A stretch of DNA of 64,000 nucleotides, from NCBI RefSeq assembly GCF_009914755.1, contig NC_060936.1. One strand, 5' to 3'. The notes under the pieces were generated by a model that saw nothing but the letters and a program-made list of their open reading frames with translations, searched no databases and had not been told where the DNA came from. Positions within the stretch are counted from its first letter, which is position 1. Each line of letters starts with the position of its first letter. Shown here one piece after another: positions 52,551 through 64,000 of the stretch. The stretch is from the human T2T-CHM13v2.0 reference genome, Homo sapiens. A program made the translations under genes and the position numbers.

Positions 52551-52855
52551 TTCTTCTTCTTCTTTTTTTTTTTTTTTTTTCTGAAGTCTCGCTCTGTCAC
52601 CCAGGCTGCAGTGCAGTGGCACAGTCTCTGTTCACTGCAACTTCTGCCACCTGGTTTCAAGCGATTCTCTTGCCTCAGCCTCCTAAGTAGCTTGGATTAC
52701 AGGCACCTGTCACTAGGCCTGGCTCATTTTTTTAGTTTTAGCAGAGACAGGTTTCACCATCTTGGCCTAGCTGATCTTGAACTCCTGACCTCGTGATACA
52801 CCCGCCTTAGCCTCCCAAAGTGCTGGGATTACAGGCATGAGCCACCACCCCCAGC
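52551..52855 (-). mobile_element. Alu (AluS-like)
   Basis: T-tail followed by a full antisense dimer. Confidence 0.9.
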
Positions 52856-53139
52856 CACTTTCTTCTTTTTTATAAATGAAAAAATCACTGGCAATCAGGA
52901 TCATGAAGTGCTTTTTATGCATGCTTACACACACTTTTCTCAGGAGACATTGGCTAAACTGTGGATACCATTTAAAGTGACCAACATTTTTATTCATATC
53001 TCACAAGAAATCCAAACAAAAAGAATTCCTCACCCTGTATATGCCAGGAAAAAAACAAAAAATCAATGTACCGAGTCACCTGGAAAAATCAAATTTATGT
53101 GTAGCAAATTTTATTGTATTAGAAAGCCTTTCTGTAATG

Positions 53140-54235
53140 CATTGGGACTGTAAAATGTTCATGGAAAAAGTATGTTATATTTAAAAAAGAATAGATTCCA
53201 ATTTTTGCACCAAAATAAACTCATATTGACATGCTCTAACATGTCTGAACAGGAGCTACTTGAGTCATCAAGAAAAATAAGAGCAAGTTCAAAAGTTCCC
53301 CTATGAGAGCATCATGAATTCTTCTAAAATTAAAAAGAGTATAAACGTGAACTTCATGGTGAAGCTTGGGTACAAGAAGGTGAAATCAATGATGCTTTCT
53401 GAAACACTGGTAGGGATAATGGCCCTAAAAATTGGCAGTTCACAAGTAGGTAACTCATTTCAAGAAGGGATAAGACAAGGTTGAACCTAAAGCCCATAGA
53501 CACAGAGGATTCATATCAAATTGCATGGATAAAATTGGTACAAGATGAATTTTTGTACCAATAATTCTCGGTACAAACAAGAGCCAACACTACAAAATTC
53601 TCAATTGGTTCCCCTTACCTGATTCGAATTGAGTAATTAATGTTGAGTAAATTTTTCACTCAATGGATGCCAAAACTATAGCAAAAATATAAGCTACAGA
53701 CAGGAGCAGACCTTTCCATGAAATTTTAAATAAGGGGGATGAAGATCTTGAAGCATTTCTTCAAGGAATTCTAACAGGAGATGCAACCTGTCTTTACCAG
53801 TACAATCCTGAAAACAAATACGTCAAAGCAATAGCTATCAAGAGGTGGAAAGTCCAGTCAAGGCAAAAGTGGATAAGAAAAGTGCAAAGGTCATGTCATG
53901 GCAAGAGTTTATTGGGAAGCACGAGGCATTTTGCTGGTTGACTTTCTGAAGGGCAAAAGAATGACAATATCTGCTTATTCTGAGAATAGGGTCAGAAAGC
54001 CCAAGCTTTAGTAGAGAAATGCCTGGGGAAGCTTCAGCAGAGTCCTTCACCACAACAGTGCTCCTGCTCATTTCTCTCATCAAACAGGGCCATTGTGTGA
54101 GAGCTCTGATGGAAAATCATTAATGATTCACATTACAATCCTAATTTGGTTCCCTTGGTTTTCTTTTCATTTCATGATGTCATAATGTCTGTAAAGGGCA
54201 TCCAGTATTCTTCAGTTAATAATGTAAAAAAGACA
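53140..54235 (+). mobile_element. Hsmar2 copy d (3'-truncated)
   Basis: TIR-like GGGACTGTAAAATGTTCATGGAAAA; transposase start at 53314 (MNSSKIKKSINVNFMVKLG); later segments resemble the Hsmar2 TGDETW and HHDNAPAH regions, now frameshifted. Confidence 0.85.
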
Positions 54236-54949
54236 TACAAATACCGGCCATGCTGACAAAAACGTATGAAGATTGGTCAATAAATATTCTCAATATTCTC
54301 CCTTTATGTTGCTCATTAATGATTGGGATTGGGAAATGGTTGAAACCTGAGTATCAGGTGTTAGAATTAAAACACACTTCACAAATGAGACTTTAATTTT
54401 GACTCTCTTCCACAGATAACAAGAGATAGAAAGATCAAAGATCCCCCAAAGCTGTTACAGTTCATTGGGGAAATGTATAATTCTGATGTTTATTCAGCTG
54501 AGCCTTGAGCAGTGTCTGCACTACTTGAATTTGAAAGCAAATGTGTCTTGCTTACTTGCATGAAGACACTTAGTCCATATCTCCTTTATTACTTCTTTTC
54601 CCCTACTCCGATCTCAATTCTGTTAAGCATTCAGGCTGGGCCTGAGATCTCACTGACCCAAGGAGGACCAAAGGTCCTATACACTCATCCCAACATATTG
54701 CAAGATATCAAGTAGGGTAAGGACTCAAATTGCTTATAACTGCTCAAACCACCACTGTACTTGGTTCTTTGAGAGTGGGGAAGGCATACCGAGAGCCACA
54801 GGATGTAGCCACAGGAGCATGTGAGAAGAAAGAAAGGAAGAGAAACCAAATCTGTGTCCTCTCTAGACACTGGGAGATGCACTTTAAAGAACGGTGAATC
54901 TGGGAAAAAGCTAAGGAAGAAAAGCCTTTTTGGTAGCTCTAGTCATTCT

Positions 54950-55251
54950 TTTTTTTCTTTTTCTTTTTAAATACTGGGACTTGCTCTATAGCTTAAGCTA
55001 GAGTGCAGTGGCACAATCCTGGCTCACTGCAGCCTCAATCTCCTGGGCTCAAGTAATCCTTCCATCTAACCATCCTAAGTCGCTAGGACTACAGGCACAC
55101 CCACTGAGATACGATAAATTGGTAATTTTTTGTAAAGACAGAGGGTCTTACTATGTTGCCCAAGCTGATCTGGGATTCTTGGCATCAAGAAGTTCTCACA
55201 CCTCAGCCTTCAAAAGTAGTGGAATTAGAGGCATGAGCCACCATGCCAGGC
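54950..55251 (-). mobile_element. AluJ-like element
   Basis: CTCACTGCAGCCTCAATCTCCTGGGCTCAAG AluJ-type diagnostics. Confidence 0.8.
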
Positions 55252-55719
55252 TAGTAGATATTCTTTTTACCTAAGCCTCATTGTCCTGCACTCCGTCAAT
55301 CCCCAATCAGAAGACAGCAGAGCCACCTGACTACTGTGATAGCTTCTAATAAGCAGGTGTCAACCTCTGGTGTTCCTGTAGGAAGAAAAGAAAAAAGAAG
55401 TACCTGACCAACTGATGTGGTTTGAGTCAACAGTACACAAAAGAAAAAAGACAGAAAGACTTTGTAAATTGGGCTCTTGGGACACATTCGCACAGTTTTT
55501 TGTAGTTTTTACATTTGAATGTATGGTATGATATTAAATATTTATAACATTACCTCATTAGAGACAGAGAGAAACCTCCAGGCACAAGCTCCAAGTAGAA
55601 AAATGTTAGTGGGACAAACCCTTCTGGCATTTGAACCACCCAGTGGATTACAATGTAGCACTAGTGTCTCTTCCCTCCAATGTCCAAAGCTTGCCTTTTT
55701 GAAACTTTTCTGTATTGCA

Positions 55720-57480
55720 AACAGAGGAAATGCATATGTGCAAGACAAAATAGAAAATCACCCAATATACTTTAAAAAACCAGAAACAATTGAACAATTA
55801 TTAAGGAATGAAACAATCAAGAGACAACAACTTCGAAGCAAATTGGATATTGAAATGATGAGACTTTAAAGCAGCTGTTATAGCCATCCTTTAAGAGGTC
55901 AATGTGTACACTCTCAAAATAAAAGAAAAAACTTCTCAGCAGAGAAAAATAAAGCATATAAGATAAAATAGAAATTTTAGAACTGTGATATATAATGTAT
56001 AAATTTTTTAAAATTCATTATGTGTGATCAACAGCAGAAAGAAAATGATGGAGGACATAGCGTTCTTGAGTTTGCATTAATAGGAATTATATACTCTGAA
56101 CAACACAGGATTAAATAGTCAAAAAAAATTTTGTTTGTGTCACAAATAAGAAAGGCTGTAACAAATGATGTGATAATCATGCAGTCTGAGTTTCAGAAAA
56201 AGAGAAAAACGAGGATGGTATTGAAAAAGGACTCAAAGAGAAAGGCTGAACCCCCCAAACTTGCAATGGGCATAAACCTGCAGATGCAAGAAATTGAGCA
56301 AATCCCAACCAAAATATATCCAAGGAAATCTATGCCCAGCAACATTGTAGTCAAATTTCTGAAAATTAAAACAAAGAAAATGTTTTAAAGGCAGATAGAA
56401 AGAAATAATACCATGCGTATAGGAAAAACACAATGTGAATATCTGTGGCGTTACTACCAGAAAGCAGAAAACAACAGAAGAATGTAGCTCAAATATTTGA
56501 AGTGCTGAAAGAAAAAAATTGCCAACCAGAGGTTTATGTCCAATAAAACTATCCTTCAATAAGGAGAAAGAAATCCAGTCATTCTCAGAAGAATGAAAAG
56601 AAAAATCCTAACAGAATTTGTTTCCAACAAACCAATTTTTTTAAAATGGCTCAAGCAAGTACTCTAAACAGAAAAAAAGTATAGAAGAGGAATTTCTGGA
56701 ACAGCAAGAATGAAGCAAAAAAAGAAAAGAAAAAAAGCAACAGAAAATGGGGAAAAAGTAAGTAAACACAAAACATTTTCCTTTTTTTCTCAAATTTTCT
56801 GCAGGAGTTTCAAATTGCTCAACTGGCTATTGCTAATATTAAGGAGGAAAGAGATCTAGGGAATGAGGCAAAAAATAACATTCTTCTCTGGTGCCCCTAG
56901 AAATAAACTCAGCCTTGACACATGGATTTAACCAAGTGAGACCCGATTCAGAATCCTGAGCTACAAAACTGAAAGACAATAATGTCATGTTGAAGCAAAA
57001 ATTATAAAACGTACTGTTTTTGCTAAATGCACGTAGAGATATATTTAAGATGATTATATTACAAACAGAGGTCGGTAAATAACAGGGATATAAAGTTTTC
57101 ATATTTCGCCCCCGGAGGGTAAAAAGAGCACACCACTAGACTGTGACAAACTATGTATGTGTAATGTAATACCCAGAGCAACCACTAAAAATGCTGTATA
57201 CAGAATGACACTCAAAAACATTGCAGATCAACGTAAATGGAATCAAAAAACCTTTTCAAGGAATCCACAGAAGATAGAAAGAAAGAAAACAATCAAAATG
57301 AGTATAAATATAAAGTAAACAAAATGGCTGTAAATTATTAACAATTACATGAAATGAAAATGGTTATTGAAAGTAAATTTCTGCCATTTCAGTTTGTGAC
57401 TTACACTATTGTATATATATATACTTCAAGTACAAATATTAGCATTACAACTAATTTTACATAAACTCATTCATATTCTC
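55720..57480 (+). mobile_element. Ancient L1M fragment (ORF1 C-terminal half and inter-ORF region)
   Basis: ORF1-like peptide INLQMQEIEQIPTKIYPRKSMPSNIVVKFLKIK; GTAATACCCAGAGCAACCACTAAAAA L1M motif. Confidence 0.65.
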
Positions 57481-57567
57481 ATGCGAACATCTGGAAGATG
57501 CCTGGGCAATTCTCTCCACCTGCCCTGAATCAAACCAGTTCCAGGGGAGAAAGATGTCCGTCCCATC

Positions 57568-58070
57568 TGTGCTATGAAGATTAATGGCCTCCCAGAGACA
57601 CACCCTTCCTAGTTCCCAGAATCAGTGTATATGTTAACTTACATGACAAAGGGGTACTAAGTTTGCTAATCAATTGACCTGAATATAGAGAGACTTTATG
57701 GGATCATCCAAGTACAAGCAATGTAATCACAACATACTTAAATGTTGAATGGGGAGGCAGAAGAGTCAGTGCCAGGGTGATGTGATGTGACGTGACGTGA
57801 CGTGACGTGACGTGACGTGACGTGACGTGGCGTGATGTGTCATGATGTGATGTGATGTGATGGGAGGCTTATCTGGCTACTGCTGGCATTGAAGATGGAA
57901 GAGGGCCAAGGAATGTGGGCAAGTAAATGGGTTCTGCCCTGGAGACTCCAGCATGAAACAGCCTTTCCACATGGATTTAAGCCAGTGAGACCCATTTCTG
58001 ACTTCTGAGCTACAAATCCACTCACTTTGCGGTAATGTATTATTTATTGCAGCAATAGGAAAGCTAATAT
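57568..58070 (+). mobile_element. MLT1D/E-like MaLR LTR containing a pentanucleotide repeat
   Basis: AATGGCCTCCC...AATGTAATCACAA...GGAGGCAGAAGAGTCAG...GCAGCAATAGGAAAGCTAATA. Confidence 0.75.
57777..57862. repeat. (GTGAC)n/(GTGAT)n pentanucleotide microsatellite
   Basis: Eight perfect TGACG units at 57788-57827, flanked by GTGAT units. Confidence 0.97.
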
Positions 58071-58559
58071 ACTTTCCAAACATTCATTTCATACTTTTTT
58101 GTGGCTGCTCTAATGTGTTTGTGCCACTTTATAAAATATTAGAGAGGAATGAAATTATCATGGCTATTAACACAGGGCAATTAAGCAACATCTTTCCTCA
58201 TAAAGTAAAAACCACTCTCAAAATTTCATTCCAATGAATAATTGTTGAGCCCATATTCAATGGAGAACAGCTAATAATTGTCCTTCCCTCATCCTTAAAC
58301 AATTTCCTCCCCTCAGCCAGGATCTATGCCTCCTTTGGAAATATCCTATGCTTCTCTAGATTTCTAAAATTATTCCATCTTCTGTAATTTAGTGGTGAAC
58401 TTGTGCTATAGCTCAGAACCTTCTTAGAAAATAGGAGATACCAGGTGGACACTCATGGCTAATAAAAAAATATTGCTTCATTTTCTAAGTTAACAACTTA
58501 ACAACAACAACAGGGAGAAAAGAGATTGCCTTTAACTTCCATGTTAGATTTTATAGCTG

Positions 58560-59425
58560 ACTGCATCTCAGAATATTGTCATAATAAGCAGTTATTGTCA
58601 TTCTTTGGCCCTCCAGAAAGTCAACAAGCAAAACACCGAGAGATTTAAAAATAAATTTTGCCCTGACGTTTGCCCTTTGCCCATCCACTCTTGCTTTAAC
58701 TTCCACCTCTCCGTAGCCATTACTTTGATTGTGTTTGGTTGCAGATTGTACAGATCAAGCCATGTTTCAATTCCTGTTACACTTCTTTGAACAAATTCTT
58801 CAGGATCTTGATACCATTTTTTTGAATTTTCAAGAAACTTCAGTTCTTGTTTGTAGCTGATCTTGGTGCAAGAGTTTTGACATCCATCGGGTGGAAATGT
58901 ATCCTCTACTTTCATTATCCAGTTAGAATCATGTCAGCTGAACCAATGGAGAAGTCTGCAGTGTTGGCTATTGTTTGTACTGTTAATCACTAATCCTCTT
59001 ATATTATGGTATCAACAAGATGAATTTTTTCTTCGCAAATTAATATGAGTGGTCAGCCGCTGTAGGCTTTATGTTCAAAATCATATCATCCCTGCTTAAA
59101 GTGAGTTATCTATCTGTGAGCTTCTGATTTTCTTGGCCATTGGCCTCTTAAACTTTTTGAAAAGCATCAATTATTTCACCATTCTTCTACCCAGGCTTCA
59201 CCATAAATTAGATGTTTGCAGTCACTATAGTTTGATCAGAGTACATGTTGCTGTCATAGAGGCTCTTTTCAAAATACTGTCTTAGACTTCTTGATGCTGC
59301 GAGGTAGATCCTGTTCACACATGTTGTGACAATACCATCTGAGTTCATTTTGGTTCGAAAAATTTTGGAATCCATGCAGAGCTTTTTAAATGCAATATGC
59401 ATTTTTCATGATCTTTTTAGGACCC
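58560..59425 (-). mobile_element. Hsmar2 copy e (3'-truncated)
   Basis: Peptide KWYQDPEEFVQRSVTGIETWLDLY; TIR CATTTTTCATGATCTTTTTAGGACCC at ~59400-59425. Confidence 0.82.
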
Positions 59426-60497
59426 AATGTATTACAGAAAGATTTCCTAATACAGTAAAGTTCGCTATAGATATCTTTGTGATTTCCAGGTGACTAGGCA
59501 GAACAAAAGCATCTATAACGTGTGCATAAGAAAAATTTGGAGGTGGGGGGATGGGGAAATAATCACATACATACGTTTCAAGAACTTTTCCAATAAAAAT
59601 GGCAGACAAATAATATGATAGGAAAGAAGCACTAACAGTCTTAGGAAGACTTCTATAGAAATGGGTGATGTTTCAGCAGGCTTTTGCTGATTGAAATAAT
59701 CCCATAGAGCATAGATGTAAGAATCAGGAGACAAACGGGTCACATGCAGAGGCAAAATCCCTGACCACGCAATGTGGTTCAGAATAAAGTGGGAAGTTAA
59801 GATATAGGGGTAGGAAGGCTTCACCTATGATAATAGGAGGGAAGCCAGAGACCTGGGTTTCAACTGAACATGGGTTGCTCAACTTAGTGGTGGTTATGGT
59901 GAGATCATTCTGTTCTGATTTTTCTGACTTCTTACTGAATTATCTGAGACTATCAGTGGGCAGAGAGGCAGTTTCTAATATTGAACCTTCCTTGCTTGAG
60001 AAGCAGACATGCCAGTCTCTGCAAGGTTTTTGGTATGTATGTTATCTCATTAGTCTCCATACTCTAAGGTAGTTGTTATGATTATGCTCATTTTAGATGA
60101 GGAAATTGAAGCCCTGAGAAGCCAAGTAGCCTTTTAAGAATCCAGAGATATTAAGAAAAAGAATTAGGTCTTAATTAAAACCTGAGAGTGTCCAAATTCT
60201 TTGCTCCTTAAAATCGTGCTGCCTCCTTCATGAAATCCATTCAAGTTCCATTAAAGAATGGTGAGTAACACAGGAAGGGAGAGAAGTGATCACTGTTAAA
60301 ATAGGGTCAATGAGATAGACAGGGTTCTGGGGATAAGAAGCATAGAGCCATATTCATTCCCTTGAAACCAAACTCAGTTTCTTAGAAATTATAAGGATTT
60401 CATTCAGCTTCTGTGACTTTGTTGCATTTGTTGTGTTTTTTGTCCTTAAGATCACTGGAATATCAGTAAACAATCTGAAAATAATTTTAAAATTTCA

Positions 60498-60857
<360 letters not shown>

Positions 60858-60999
60858 TCATGGCACCTGGGTAAATTAGGATTAAGGAGGAGAGAAGTTT
60901 CCTGGAGCATCAAGGAGGAGGGTTCCTACATGTTCTTATACAGTCTTCTTGGTCCTCAGATCCCACATTCACAAATATCGAGAAACAGACACCACAATC

Positions 61000-61113
61000 A
61001 GAAATTGCAAGCTGATTATTTTATTGGTATATTGAAGTTAGAGCTATGATGACCTTTTTCCAATGTCATGGAATTTGAATCATTTGAATCACTCTCATCT
61101 TCTTATTCACTTC
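61000..61113 (-). other. PRB1: PRB1 exon 4 (non-coding 3'UTR) with AATAAA at 61025-61020
   Basis: Acceptor TTTGTTTCAG|GAAGTG at 61114/61113; the 3' end is approximate. Confidence 0.8.
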
Positions 61114-62257
61114 CTGAAACAAACAAAGAAGGAAGTTCATAGACCAGACTTGACATGGCAGGAAATGTCGAATTCCTCACTGGTCTTACTGCACTACAGT
61201 ACATGAGAGCCCATCCTCTCTCCCCCATCCCTTCTACCTCCTGTGTTTCCTCCCTAATTTTTTGTGTGTTCACTCTTTGGATGCCCTTGCACAAAATGTG
61301 CTCCAAATTGTTCCTTACGTGATGAAGACAGAAGATCATTCTTAGCTTATTATTACTTGCTGCTGAATTTGTTCACAGATATATTTACACAGATGGGAAC
61401 TGGAACATATTTTATAACAGTGAGAAGCTGAAACCACCCTCAGTGTCCAGTGACACAGATTGGTTAAAGAAATCACGGTGCAGCCACATAATGGAGTAGT
61501 ATAAAATGGTAAAAACAAACAGATAACCACTGAAGAGATCTACTTAGCTTCATAGACGTATGTGGAAATTTTCAAAGAAATGTATTTTTTAAATGACTAA
61601 CATATGTACCTGAATATAAATTATGGTATTAGTTCTGGGGGAAAAATATTCTAGTTGTCTATGTACACATAAATATTTCAAACAGAAGATGCCATAAAGT
61701 TAACAGTGGCAGTTTTCTGAAGGAGGGGAGGCAGGTAGGATGAGTCATGCCTTTAAATTTAGATTCATATTTTTCCATTGCATTAGATATTTTTTGTTAG
61801 CTTAATCATGTACTTATTGAACAGTAAGAATTTGAAAAATGAGACACCATTTAGCTGCTGAAAGTTCAGGGACCACTTGGCAGGAATACTGGACTCAAGA
61901 GGCTGGTGTGAGGCAGGACTGAGCAAACAGTGCTCAGGTGAAAACTTTAAATGGGAGGTCTCTCAGTTTGTGCACAGAAAACAGAGCGCCAGAGAGAACA
62001 TGGTACTACTTCCTTGTTGCCAACACAACTTAAGACAGATTATTTGGAATTTTGTTTCTCAACATCAGAATTCCTTAAAGAGTTTGTTACAAATATAGGA
62101 TCTTGTTACCCATTTCCAGAATATGTCAATACAAATCTTTAGAAATGGGATCTGGGACTATACAATGCCAATGGGCTTTTAGCTGATTCATTGGCACAAT
62201 AAAGCTGGAGAGCTGTAGCAATTAGAGCACTTGGTGAAGAATAAACTGGAATCATAC

Positions 62258-63738
<1,481 letters not shown>

Positions 63739-64000
63739 CTAGAAGAGAAGCACAGGATGATGGGAAAAGTTACATCTTGAACCTTTCAAGACTCACAAGT
63801 GTTCTACAGGGAAAAGGGTCTTCTCATGACACCCCATGCATCCCCTAAGTTAACTAGTCAGCCACCATCTGTGAAGCTGCTGGAAGGGGAGGAAGGTGTA
63901 AGGGGAGACAGGGTTGTTATGACAGAGCAACAGCCATGAACTCAACATAGAAGAGCCCCTTTTTTCCCTCCCTAGCATCCCTCAAGACTTAATGCTAATT

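Noticed and set aside
53314-54235. Functional or domesticated mariner transposase
   Set aside because: All five Hsmar2 copies have frameshifts, stops or truncations; the longest ORF pieces are about 100 aa.

Overview
Human (hominoid) genomic DNA from the salivary basic proline-rich protein (PRB) cluster; chr12p13.2 is inferred from gene identity. Two minus-strand genes are present. PRB4 is complete (4 exons, 268-aa precursor) and PRB1 has exons 2-4 only (331-aa precursor if exon 1, beyond the window end, has the usual 64 coding nt). The rest is transposon-derived or duplicated: four near/full-length dead L1PA elements, older nested L1s, Alus, MaLR LTRs, L2/MIR, and five decayed Hsmar2 mariner copies. 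The most notable observations are (i) an L1 whose 5'UTR lacks a precise GT-AG intron (a SpIRE), (ii) an intact antisense ORF0 in an otherwise dead L1PA2-like element, (iii) five Hsmar2 copies that share one insertion site, with the empty site upstream of PRB4, and sit in exon-less direct and inverted duplicates of the PRB4 5' flank, (iv) a (GTGAC)n microsatellite forming eight overlapping TGACGTG(A/G) UPRE/CRE-like motifs 3 kb downstream of PRB1, and (v) repeat-encoded splice sites and convertase sites in PRB exon 3. I found no convincing new protein-coding system. Repeat subfamily calls and alignments were made by eye, so boundaries of old repeats are approximate.
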